From positions 145,142,001-145,206,000 of the forward strand of contig CM059432.1 of NCBI GenBank assembly GCA_030390025.1: a stretch of DNA of 64,000 nucleotides, written 5' to 3'. The first letter of the stretch is position 1, and every line of letters starts with the position of its first letter. Below the pieces are notes generated by a model that saw nothing but the letters and a program-made list of their open reading frames with translations, was not told where the DNA came from and ran no database searches. Positions 1-12,489 of this stretch are shown here, one piece after another. Position numbers and translations under genes: made by a program. Source of the DNA: Squalus acanthias (lineage: Eukaryota).

Positions 1-2012
1 TCTCCTCATCTCAGTCCTAAATGTCCTACCTCATATCCTGAGATTGTGACCCCTCGTTCTGGAGCCCCCAGCCAGGGGAAAGATCCTCCCTGCATCCAGT
101 CTGTCTAGCCCTGTCAGAATGTTATACGTTTCAATGAGATCCCCTCTCATTCTTCTAAACTCTAGTGAATACAGGCCTATTCGACCCAATCCCTCCTCAT
201 ACTACAGTCCTGCCATCCCAGGAATCAGTCTGGTGAACCTTCGCTGCACTCCCTCTACGCAAGTATATCCTTTCTTAGGTAAGGAGACCAAAACTGCACG
301 CAGTACTCCAGGTGTGGTCTCACCAAGGCCCTGTATAACTGTAGTAAGGCATTCTTGCTCCTGTACTCAAATCTTCTTGCAATGAAGGCCAACATACCAT
401 TTGCCTTCCTAACTGCTTGCTGCACCTGCATGTTTGCTTTCAGTGACTGGTGTACAAGGACACTCAGGTCCCTTTGTACATCAACATTTCCCAATCTATC
501 ACCATTTAAATAATACTCTGCCTTTCTGTTTTTCCTACCGAAGTGGATAACTTCACATTTATCCACGTTATACTGCATCTGCCATTTATTTGCCCACTCA
601 CTCAACTTGTCTAAATCGCCTTGAAGCCTCTTTGCATCCTCCTCACAACTCACAGTCCCACCTAGTTTTGTGTCATCAGCAAACTTGGAAATATTACATT
701 TGGTTCCCTCATCCAAATCATTGATTTATATTGTGAATAGCTGAGCCCAAGCACTGATCCCTGCAGTACCCCACTAGTCATCACCTGCCACCCCGAAAAA
801 GACCCATTTATTCCTGCTCTCTGTTTCCTGTCTGTTATCCAATTTTCAATCCATTCCAGTATATTACCCCCAATCCCATGTGCTTTAATTTTGCACACTA
901 CCCTCTTATGTGGGACTTTATCAAAGGCCTTCTGAAAATCCAAATACACCACATCCACTGGTTCTCCCTTATCTATTGTACCAGTTACATCCTCAAAAAA
1001 CTCCAGTAGGTTTGTCAAACACGATTTCCCTTTCATAAATCCATGTTGAATTTGTCTAATCCCGTTGATATTTTCTAAGTGTCCTGTTATCACATCCTTT
1101 ATAATAGAGTCTAGCATTTTCCCTACTATGATGTTAGGCTAACCGGTCTGTAGTTCCCTGTTTTCTCTCTCCCTTCTTTTTTAAATAGTGAGGTTACATT
1201 TGCCACCCTCCAATCTGCAGGAACTGTTCCATAATCTATAGAATTTTGGAAGATGACAACCAATGCATCCACTATTTCCATGGCTACCTTTTTTAGTACT
1301 CTGGGATGCAGATTATCAGTGCCTAGGGATTTATCGGCTTTCAGTCCCATTAATTTCTCCAGCACTATTTTTTTACTAATACTAATTTCCTTTAATTCCT
1401 CCTTCTCACTAGACCCTTGGTTCCTTAGCATTTCTGGAAAGTTATTTGTGTCCTCTTCCGTGAAGACAGAACCAAAGTATTTGTTTAATTGCTCAGCCAT
1501 TTCCTTGTTCCCCATTATAAATTCTCCCGTTTCTGACTGTAAGGGACCTGCATTTGTCTTCAGTAATGTTTTTCTTTTTACCTAATTGTAGAAGCTTTTA
1601 CAGTCCGCTTTTATGTTCTTTGCAAGTTACCTCTCATACCCGATTTTTCCCCTCTTAATCAATCCCTTGGTCCTTTATTGCTGAACTCTAAACTGCTCCC
1701 AATCCTCAGGCCTGCTACTTTTCTGGTAACTTGATATGACTCCTCTTTGGATCTAATTCTATCCTTAATTTATTTTGTTAGCCATGGTTGGGCCAATTTT
1801 CCTTTTGTGTTTTTGCGCCAGAAAGGAATGTATAACTGTTGCAATACATGCATTCATTCCTTAAATGTTAGCCATTGTCTATCCACCATCATGCCTTTTA
1901 ATGAAGCTCCACAATCTATCATAGCCAACTCCCTCCTCATACCTTCGTAGTTTCCTTTGTTTAGATTTAGGACCCTAGTTTCGGATTGGATTACGTCACT
2001 TTCCATCTTAAT
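1..2012 (-). mobile_element. CR1/HER1-type LINE ORF2 fragment (RT)
   Basis: [13 protein letters not shown], GVx[14 protein letters not shown] motifs; frameshifted. Confidence 0.93.
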
Positions 2013-2015
2013 GAA

Positions 2016-2975
2016 GGTGTTCTCCAGGGGACCACTGCTCTTTTTGAGATATATTAATGACCTGGATCGTGCCATAATTTCAAAGTTTTCAGATGACTAA
2101 AAATTCAGAAATGTAGTAAACAGTGAGGAGGATAGTAACTGACTTCAGGAGGACATAGACAGACTGGTGAAACGGGCAGACACAAGGCAGATGAAATTTA
2201 ATGCAGAGAAGTGTGAAGTGATTCATTTTGGTAGGAAGAATCAGGAGAGGCAATATGAACTAAATGGTACAATTTTAAAGGGGGGGAACAGAGAGACCTG
2301 GGAATGTATGTACACATGTCTTTGAAGGTGGCAGGACAAGTTGAGAAGGCTGTTAAAAAAGCATATGGGATCCTTGATGTTATAAATAGAGGCATAGAGT
2401 ACAACAGAAAGGATGTTATGCTAAACTTTTATAAAACACAGCATAGGCCCCAAATTATTGTGGCCAATTCTGGGCACCACACTTTAAGAAGGATGTCAAG
2501 GCCTTAAAGAAGGTGCAAAGAAGATTTACTAGAACAGTAATAGGGATGAGGGACTTCAGTTACGTGGAGAGACTGGAGAAGCTGGGCTGTTCTCCTTCGA
2601 GCAGAGAAGGTTAAGGGGAGATTTAATAGAGATGTTCAAAATCATGAAGGGTTTTGATAAAATAAGAAGGAATAGTTTCCAGTGGCAGAAGGGTCCGTAA
2701 CCAGAGGACACAGATTTAAGGTAATTGGCAAAAGAACCATGAGGGAAAAAAATTACACAGCATGTTGTTGTGATCTGGAATGCAATGCCTGTAAGGGTGG
2801 TGGAAGCAGATTCAATAATTTTCAAAATTGAATTGGATAAATACTTGAAGGGGAAAAATCTACAGTGCTATGGGGAAAGAGCAGGGGAGTAGGACTAATT
2901 GGATAGCTCTTTCAAAGAGCTGGCACAGGCACGATGGGCCAAATGGCATATATCTGTGCTGTAAGATTCTATGAT
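2016..2975 (+). mobile_element. CR1 LINE 3' fragment, second subfamily
   Basis: Degenerate RT C-terminus and 3' tail ending GATTCTATGAT. Confidence 0.85.
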
Positions 2976-4573
2976 GCATCAACAATTGGAATAGATGTAC
3001 CATGCATATCACAGTCTCTCCTCTTGAGCTTTGCAGAACCACAGTAACACACAGGGGGCACTCACCACAACCCCCACTAGTTGGACTATTTTCAAGACAG
3101 TGAGTAGCTCTGGATCCCCAGGTGAATCTGTAAGCAACACATTACTGGGAACAAAAATAAACTTTCATTTGGAAAGGCATGGGTTAAATCAAGGAAAGCC
3201 AGCATGGATTTGTTAAAGGTAAATCGTGTCTGACTAACTTGATTGAACTCTTTGATGAGGTAACAGAGACGGTTGATCAAGGTAGTGCAGTTGTGTATCT
3301 GGACTTTTGGAAAGCATTCCCTTTTGTTCACTCCTGGTGCAGAGACTCACCAGTTGGGAGCTCATATCTAGAAATCCTGTCTGGGCTGCCCATGGTTTTC
3401 CATCTATCAAAGTGAATGGGAATGCAAACAGGAAGTTACCTTCAAGTGTTTAGAAAGTGTCACGTGTCCAAATACCGATCAAAAACAACAACTTGCATTG
3501 ATATTGCTCCTTGAGCAGGAAAACACGTCCCAAGTTGCTTACAGGAGCGTTATTATACACCTACCAGTCTTAATCAATTAGACAACATCATTGCCCATTG
3601 GTGTGGGATCTTGGCTAAGTTGGCTTCTCCCTCCCCAATTCACAAGGACAGCTCTTCCCTTAACCACCTCTCCCCATCCACAAGGGCTCTCTCTCCCCTT
3701 ACCGCCAACTCCCCCAACTGTTCAGAGCACGCACTCGCCTTGAGCACGATCCTTGGTGGCGGGTGCTCGCCATAGTTCAGCGAGGTCTATCTGGTCACTT
3801 GCTGCAGCGTTTCATGCCCGGAGCAGCGGGATCTCAGAGCGGGGAGGAGGCCGCGGCGATGGAGCAGCATAGAGCGGGAGCGGCAACTTTCAGCGGGCAG
3901 CTTCTGAACGCGGAAACCCACACACACCGTGCCCAAGAACATGGAATGGGAGCTCGGGCAGGAGTTACCGACCCGAACAGACCCTGCTCAGCTAAGCAGG
4001 AGCCCCCCCCCCCCACACACACACAGAGCTTTTACACTGGGGCGCTGTGGAGGAGGGAAGGGTTCGGTGGGAAAGTAAAAATCACAACAAAAATACCTTT
4101 AATTCAGATAAATGCGGGTTCAGAGCATCTACTTCCTTGTCAAATGTAAATTCAAATATGTCAGGGATCTAACACTGGGGAGAGTGAAACAAATTCACTG
4201 TGAAGTTTGATCCAGTCTTGGGAGAAAGGTTTTCCTCCTCGCCCCTGTCTGACTGCACACATCTCCCAGCTGCTGCAACCAAACAGGATAACTCGGCGCA
4301 ATTCGTTTCTGATTTTAAAAGTGAGCAATCCTAAATTGAATTTTGAATTCACAATTTCCGCGAGTGTGAATGCAATGTGCGAGGTGACTATCGCACAGAG
4401 AGTAACTAACGGTCTCACATTTTATAATGTGGGAGGGGGGACTGTAAACTGGGCGGGTTTTATGCCGACAGGAAATTCGCAGCCTCGGCCTGATAGGGGA
4501 GGGGGACTCGGGTCCTTCACATTGTTATCAGTGGGGACTAACCGAGTAACGAGGGAGACTTGGTCACTGCAGG

Positions 4574-4997
4574 ATGTTCTGGGTGATTGTGGCGTTATTT
4601 TTACCCTGTACGTGTTTCTATTTTTTAAAATGTTATTTATGTCCATTCATTGTGCAGCAAATGTTCAGCATTTTCAAATCCGGTCATTTTGTGCATTTTT
4701 TCCCAGGTGGGTGTTTTGCTCAGACTTTGACACAGACTCCAATATCGATTACAAAGGAGGCCACAAAAAGTGCCAGATTTCAGTGTGCGATCAGTGGAGG
4801 GAGCAAAATAATCCACTGGTACCAGCAAAGGCCGGGTCAGGCGCCCGCCAGAATACTCTATTATGAAAACAGCGCCATTCGGGATCCGGAATTCAGCTCC
4901 CGGTTCAACGCAGATGAAAAAGGCAATGTGTGCACTTTAATAATTAATGACATCGCGGAGAATGACACTGCCACTTATTACTGTGCCTATTGGGACA
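4574..4997 (+). CDS. TRGV: TCR gamma V segment 1 (leader 4574-4607, intron 4608-4706, V exon 4707-4997)
   Basis: Leader MFWVIVALFLP, GT..AG phase-1 intron, V domain ...RFQC...IIHWYQQ...DTATYYCAYWD, followed directly by an RSS. Confidence 0.93.
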
Positions 4998-5036
4998 CAC
5001 AGTGCTCAACAGAGGCAGAAACCCTTGACAAAAACC
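4998..5036 (+). other. 23-RSS of V1
   Basis: CACAGTG + 23 nt + ACAAAAACC (consensus). Confidence 0.97.
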
Positions 5037-5227
5037 CGGCGCGTTGCTTCGCTCCTCTTTCGATCACCATACAAGAAAAAACTAGAACCAAATAGCGCCT
5101 TTAACGTCGTAAAACGTCCCAAGGCGCTTCACAGGAGCGATCATCAAACAACATTTGACACCGAGCCAGACTTTAATCAAACTTTTATGTTTCAAATGTA
5201 CAACAGAAATTCTGGCAGAGTTTCATA

Positions 5228-5650
5228 TTTGTCCAGGGCTCAAAGGGTTAACATATGAGGAGAAGTTGCATAAAAGTTGGCTTGTATTCACCCTGAGTTA
5301 AGAAGGTTGAGAGGCGATAATTTAATCGAGATATTTAACATGATTAAGGGATTGGATAGGGTAGATACAGGGAAACTATTTCCTCTGGTGGGAGAGTCCA
5401 GAACCTTTAAAATTAGAGCCAGGCCGTTCAGGGGGTGATGTCAGGAAGCACTTCTTCACACAAAGGGTCGGGGAAATCTGGAACTCTCTGCCTCAAAAGG
5501 CCGTGGCTACTGGGGGACATTTGGAGCTTTCAAGACTGAGATTGATAGATTTCTGTTGGGTAAGGTTATCAAGGGATATGGAGCAAAGGCGAGTAATCAG
5601 ATTGAACGGCGGAACAGGCTCGAGGGGCTGAATGGCCTCCTCCTGTTCCT
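5228..5650 (+). mobile_element. CR1 3' end fragment (second copy at about 12668-13086)
   Basis: Typical CR1 C-terminal and 3'UTR sequence ending GGCTCGAGGGGCTGAATGGCCTCCTCCTGTTCC. Confidence 0.8.
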
Positions 5651-5660
5651 ACGATACACA

Positions 5661-6375
5661 ATCAGGATAGACATAGTAGACATACAACCCATAACAGATG
5701 AGAACGGTTTACCGGCCCCGGAATGGATGGACAAGGGTTGAGGCAGAGCGGTGGTCTTGGATCCCTGCAGCCTGCGGCAGTGGTCTCTTCCTCTTTGGTC
5801 ATCTCCCAAGGCTGGTGGGGGTGTTAAGCTGAAGCTAGCATGAATCCACTCTGGGGAAGCCCTTCCCCTCCCCAACCCCCGAGGAAGCCCTTCCCATCTC
5901 TGCACCCCCCCTCACCCCCTCCGGCCGGGAAGCTCTTTCCTTCGCTGCCTATTTTTCCCTTTCAGCTGCCCGTTTATATACCTTATTTTGGGGGGGGGGG
6001 GGGTCAGTGGATACCTCACGTCAATCATTTGTTACCCATTCAATTGTCCAATTACAGGGGAATAAGTACCTATGGCAGATCCCTCCCAGACTCATGAGGT
6101 CATTCCTCTGCTTATCTCCTGTTTGGACATCTTGCACTTTCTCCGAGACAGTTTGTTTATCATAAGGATCCTTACTCGACCGCTTATCAGGCCTAGCTAT
6201 GGCTGCATGAAGGCCTGTTTCTGCGTTATGCCCTTGTAAACGACCTCAGTTCTTTGTGCAACTCCTTATCTGATATGATTGGTTTCTTCTGTGTCATCAG
6301 CTTATCCTGACTGCTGAGCTAGGCAAAACCATTTCTTTTATAAAACCATTATTTCTTTTACAATTCATAATTTCT
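5661..6375 (-). mobile_element. Dispersed ~700-bp non-coding repeat (LTR-like), truncated at the duplication junction
   Basis: Reverse complement of 53800-54455 with high similarity. Confidence 0.65.
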
Positions 6376-6835
6376 TGCCATTCACGATTTCTTACAACAC
6401 TAATCCAGGTCAAAATTAATTGACACTGGAAATATATGGGCGAACAAATGAGAATCCCAGCACGATTTGTTAAAGGCAAATTGTGTGTAACTAACTTGAT
6501 TGAGTTCCTTAATGAAGTAACACAGAGAGTTGACCAGGGTAGTGCGGTTGATGTTGTATATATGGGCTTTCAAAAGGCTTTTGATAAAGTACCATATAAT
6601 AGATTTGTTAGCAAAATTGAAGCCCACGGGATTAAAGGGATAGTGACTGCATGGATAAGAAATTGGCTAAGGGACAGAAAGCAGTGGTGAATGAAAACAG
6701 AAAATGGTGGAAATACTCAGCAGGTCAGGCAGCATCTGTGGAGAGAGAAACAGAGTTAACATTTCAGTTCAATGACCATTCATCAGAACTGATGGTGAAT
6801 GGTTGTTTTTCAGACTGGAGGGAAGTGTGCAGTGG

Positions 6836-9467
6836 TAGAAACATAGAAACATAGAAAAATAGGAGCAGGATTAGGTCATTTGTGCCTGCTCCGCCATTCA
6901 ATATGATCATGGCTGATTCTATCTCAATACCATATTCCCGCTCTCTCCCCATACCCCTTGACGCCTTTTGCGTCTAGAAATCTATCTATCTTCTTCCACA
7001 GAATTCCAGAGGTTCACCACCCTCTGAGTGAAGAAATTTCTCCTCATCTCAGTCCTAAATGTCCTACCTCATATCCTGAGATTGTGACCCCTCGTTCTGG
7101 AGCCCCCAGCCAGGGGAAACATCCTCCCTGCATCCAGTCTGTCTAGCCCTGTCAGAATGTTATACGTTTCAATGAGATCCCCTCTCATTCTTCTAAACTC
7201 TAGTGAATACAGGCCTATTCGACCCAATCTCTCCTCATACGACAGTTCTGCCATCCCAGGAATCAGTCTGGTGAACCTTCGCTGCACTCCCTCTACGCAA
7301 GTATATCCTTTCTTAGGCAAGGAGACCAAAACTGCACGCAGTACTCCAGGTGTGGTCTCACCAAGGCCCTGTATAACTGTAGTAAGGCATTCTTGCTCCT
7401 GTACTCAAATCCTCTTGCAATGAAGGCCAACATCCCATTTGCCTTCCTAACTGCTTGCTGCACCTGCATGTTTGCTTTCAGTGACTGGTGTACAAGGACA
7501 CTCAGGTCCCTTTGTACATCAACAGTTCCCAATCTATCACCATTTAAATAATACTCTGCCTTTCTGTTTTTCCTACCGAAGTGGATAACTTCACATTTAT
7601 CCACGTTATACTGCATCTGCCATGTATTTGCCCACTCACTCAACTTGTCTAAATCACCTTGAAGCCTCTTTGCATCCTCCTCACAACTCACAGTCCCACC
7701 TAGTTTTGTGTCATCAGCAAACTTGGAAATATTACATTTGGTTCCCTCATCCAAATCATTGTTTTATATTGTGAATAGTTGGGCCCAAGCACTGATCCCT
7801 GCAGTACCCCACTAGTCATCACCTGCCACCCCGAAAAAGACCCATTTATTCCTACTCTCTGTTTCCTGTCTGTTATCCAATTTTAAATCCATGCCAGTAT
7901 ATTACCCCCAATCCCATGTGCTTTAATTTTGCACACTAACCTCTTATGTGGGACTTTATCAAAGGCCTTCTGAAAATCCAAATACACCACATCCACTGGT
8001 TCTCCCTTATCTATTGTACCAGTTACATCCTCAAAAAACTCCAGTAGGTTTGTCAAACACGATTTCCCTTTCATAAATCCATGTTGAATTTGTCTAATCC
8101 CGTTGATATTTTCTAAGTGTCCTGTTATCACATCCTTTATAATAGAGTCTAGCATTTTCCCTACTATGATGTTAGGCTAACCGGTCTGTAGTTCCCTGTT
8201 TTCTCTCTCCCTTCTTTTTTAAATAGTGAGGTTACATTTGCCACCCTCCAATCTGCAGGAACTGTTCCATAATAGAAACATAGAAACATAGAATCTAGGA
8301 GCAGGAGTAGGCCATTCGGCCCGTCGAGCCTGCTCCGCCATTCAATACGATCATGGCTGATCATCCAAATCCAGTACCCTGTCCCTGCTTTAATCCCCAC
8401 AGTACACATATCCCACCCTACCCCCGTAACCCCACGTATTTAATTCCCCCTAACATATCCCATCCTATCCCCATAACCCCACATATTTAATCCCCCCTAA
8501 CACTAAGGGTCAATTTATCATAGCCAAATCAACCTAACCCACACATTTTTGGACTGTGGGAGGAAACCGGAGCACCCGGAGGAAACCCACGCAGACACGG
8601 GGAGAATGTGCAAACTCCACACAGACAGTCACCCGAGGTCAGATTCGAACCCGGGTCTCTGGCGCTGTGAGGCACCAGTGCTAACCACTATGCCACCGTG
8701 TTGGAAGATGACAACCAATGCATCCTCTATTTCCATGGCTACCTCTTTTAGTACTCTGGGATGCAGATTATCAGTGCCTAGGGATTTATCGGCTTTCAGT
8801 CCCATTAATTTCTCCAGCACTATTTTTTTACTAATACTAATTTCCTTTAATTCCTCCTTCTCACTGGACCCTTGGTTCCTTAGCATTTCTGGAAAGTTAT
8901 TTGTGTCCTCTTCTGTGAAGACAGAACCAAAGTATTTGTTTAATTGCTCTGCCATTTCCTTGTTCCCCATTATAAATTCTCCCGTTTCTGACTGTAAGGG
9001 ACCTGCATTTGTCTTCAGTAATGTTTTTCTTTTTACCTACTTGTAGAAGCTTTTACAGTCCGCTTTTATGTTCTTTGCAAGTTACCTCTCATACCCGATT
9101 TTTCCCCTCTTAATCAATCCCTTGGTCCTTTATTGCTGAACTCTAAACTGCTCCCAATCCTCAGGCTTGCTACTTTTCTGGTAACTTGATATGACTCCTC
9201 TTTGGATCTAATTCTATCCTTAATTTATTTTGTTAGCCATGGTTGGGCCAATTTTCCTTTTGTGTTTTTGCGCCAGAAAGGAATGTATAACTGTTGCAAT
9301 ACATGCATTCATTCCTTAAATGTTAGCCATTGTCTATCCACCATCATGCCTTTTAATGAAGCTCCACAATCTATCATAGCCAACTCCCTCCTCATACCTT
9401 CATAGTTTCCTTTGTTTAGATTTAGGACCTTAGTTTCGGATTGGATTACGTCACTTTCCATCTTAAT
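6836..9467 (-). mobile_element. CR1 LINE (duplicate of 1-2012 plus its 3' tail)
   Basis: Same RT ORFs; (CATAGAAA)n tail at about 6836-6858. Confidence 0.93.
8274..8700 (-). mobile_element. HE1-type V-SINE, near full length
   Basis: tRNA-like head (B box GGTTCGAATC), V-domain GTTTGCACATTCTCCCCGTGTCTGCGTGGGTTTCCTCCGGGTGCTCCGG, CR1-derived tail; absent from the other duplicate. Confidence 0.88.
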
Positions 9468-9470
9468 GAA

Positions 9471-10430
9471 GGTGTTCTCCAGGGGACCACTGCTCTTTTT
9501 GAGATATATTAATGACCTGGATCGTGCCATAATTTCAAAGTTTTCAGATGCCTAAAAACTCAGAAATGTAGTAAACAGTGAGGAGGATAGTAACTGACTT
9601 CAGGAGGACATAGACAGACTGGTGAAACGGGCAGACACAAGGCAGATGAAATTTAATGCAGAGAAGTGTGAAGTGATTCATTTTGGTAGGAAGAATCAGG
9701 AGAGGCAATATGAACTAAATGGTACAATTTTAAAGGGGGGGAACAGAGAGACCTGGGAATGTATGTACACATGTCTTTGAAGGTGGCAGGACAAGTTGAG
9801 AAGGCTGTTAAAAAAGCATATGGGATCCTTGATGTTATAAATAGAGGCATAGAGTACAACAGAAATGATGTTATGCTAAACTTTTATAAAACACAGCATA
9901 GGCCCCAAATTATTGTGGCCAATTCTGGGCACCACACTTTAAGAAGGATGTCAAGGCCTTAAAGAAGGTGCAAAGAAGATTTACTAGAACAGTAATAGGG
10001 ATGAGGGACTTCAGTTATGTGGAGAGACTGGAGAAGCTGGGCTGTTCTCCTTCGAGCAGAGAAGGTTAAGGGGAGATTTAATAGAGATGTTCAAAATCAT
10101 GAAGGGTTTTGATAAAATAAGAAGGAATAGTTTCCAGTGGCAGAAGGGTCCGTAACCAGAGGACACAGATTTAAGGTAATTGGCAAAAGAACCATGAGGG
10201 AAAAAAATTACACAGCATGTTGTTGTGATCTGGAATGCAATGCCTGTAAGGGTGGTGGAAGCAGATTCAATAATTTTCAAAATTGAATTGGATAAATACT
10301 TGAAGGGGAAAAATCTACAGTGCTATGGGGAAAGAGCAGGGGAGTAGGACTAATTGGATAGCTCTTTCAAAGAGCTGGCACAGGCACGATGGGCCAAATG
10401 GCATATATCTGTGCTGTAAGATTCTATGAT
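9471..10430 (+). mobile_element. CR1 3' fragment (duplicate of 2016-2975)
   Basis: Near-identical to the first copy. Confidence 0.85.
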
Positions 10431-12026
10431 GCATCAACAATTGGAATAGATGTACCATGCATATCACAGTCTCTCCTCTTGAGCTTTGCAGAACCACAGT
10501 AACACACAGGGGGCACTCACCACAACCCCCACTAGTTGGACTATTTTCAAGACAGTGAGTAGCTCTGGATCCCCAGGTGAATCTGTAAGCAACACATTAC
10601 TGGGAACAAAAATAAACTTTCATTTGGAAAGGCATGGGTTAAATCAAGGAAAGCCAGCATGGATTTGTTAAAGGTAAATCGTGTCTGACTAACTTGATTG
10701 AATTCTTTGATGAGGTAACAGAGACGGTTGATCAAGGTAGTGCTGTTGTGTATCTGGACTTTTGGAAAGCATTCCCTTTTGTTCACTCCTGGTGCAGAGA
10801 CTCACCAGTTGGGAGCTCATATCTAGAAATCCTGTCTGGGCTGCCCATGGTTTTCCATCTATCAAAGTGAATGGGAATGCAAACAGGAAGTTACCTTCAA
10901 GGGTTTAGAAAGTGTCACGTGTCCAAATACCGATCAAAAACAACAACTTGCATTGATATTGCTCCTTGAGCAGGAAAACACGTCCCAAGTTGCTTACAGG
11001 AGCGTTATTATACACCTACCAGTCTTAATCAATTAGACAACATCATTGCCCATTGGTGTGGGATTTTGGCGAAGTTGGCTTCTCCCTCCCCAATTCACAA
11101 GGACAGTTCTTCCCTTAACCACCTCTCCCCATCCACAAGGGCTCTCTGTCCCCTTAACCGCCAACTCCCCCAACTGTTCAGATCACGCACTCGCCTTGAG
11201 CACGATCCTTGGTGGCGGGTGCTCGCCATAGTTCAGCGAGGTCTATCTGGTCACTTGCTGCAGCGTTTCATGCCCGGAGCAGCGGGATCTCAGAGCGGGG
11301 AGGAGGGCGCGGCGATGGAGCAGCATAGAGCGGGAGCGGCAACTTTCAGCGGGCAGCTTCTGAACGCGGAAACCCACACACACCGTGGCCAAGAACATGG
11401 ATTGGGAGCTCGGGCAGGAGTTACCGACCCGAACAGACCCTGCTTAGATTAGCAGGAGCCCACACACACACACACAGAGCTTTTACACTGGGGCGCTGTG
11501 GAGGAGGGAAGGGTTCGGTGGGAAAGTAAAAATCACAACAAAAATACCTTTAATTCAGATAAATGCGGGTTCAGAGCATCTACTTCCTTGTCAAATGTAA
11601 ATTCAAATATGTCAGGGATCTAACACTGGGGAGAGTGAAACAAATTCACTGTGAAGTTTGATCCAGTCTTGGGAGAAAGGTTTTCCTCCTCGCCCCTGTC
11701 TGACTGCACACATCTCCCAGCTGCTGCAACCAAACAGGATAACTCGGCGCAATTCGTTTCTGATTTTAAAAGTGAGCAATCCTAAATTGAATTTTGAATT
11801 CACAATTTCCGCGAGTGTGAAAGCAATGTGCGAGGTGACTATCGCACAGAGAGTAACTGACGGTCTCACATTTTATAATGGGGGGGTGGGGGGACTGTAA
11901 ACTGGGCGGGTTTTATGCCGACAGGAAATTCGCAGCCTCGGCCTGATAGGGGAGGGGGACTCGGGTCCTTCACATTGTTATCAGTGGGGACTAACCGAGT
12001 AACGAGGGAGGCTTGGTCACTGCAGG

Positions 12027-12450
12027 ATGTTCTGGGCGATTGTGGCGTTATTTTTACCCTGTACGTGTTTCTATTTTTTTTAATGTTATTTATGTCCATT
12101 CATTGTGCAGCAAATGTTCAGCATTTTCAAATCAGGTCATTTTGTGCATTTTTTCCAGGTGGGTGTTTTGCTCAGACTTTGACACAGACTCCAATATCGA
12201 TTACAAAGGAGGCCACTAAAAGTGCCAGATTTCAGTGTGCGATCAGTGGAGTGAGCAACGCAATCCACTGGTACCAACAAAGGCCGGGTCAGGCGCCCGC
12301 CAGAATACTCTATTATGATAGCAGCGCCATTCGGGATCCGGAATTCAGCACCCGGTTCAAAGCAGATAAGAAAGGCGATGTGTGCACTTTAATAATTAAT
12401 AACATCGCGGAGAATGACACTGCCACTTATTACTGTGCCTATTGGGACAG
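12027..12450 (+). CDS. TRGV: TCR gamma V segment 2, paralog of V1 (leader 12027-12060, intron 12061-12158, V exon 12159-12450)
   Basis: Leader MFWAIVALFLP; V domain ...AIHWYQQ...YYCAYWD; open frame. Confidence 0.93.
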
Positions 12451-12489
12451 CACAGTGCTCAACAGAGGCAGAAACCCTTGACAAAAACC
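12451..12489 (+). other. 23-RSS of V2
   Basis: CACAGTG + 23 nt + ACAAAAACC. Confidence 0.97.
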
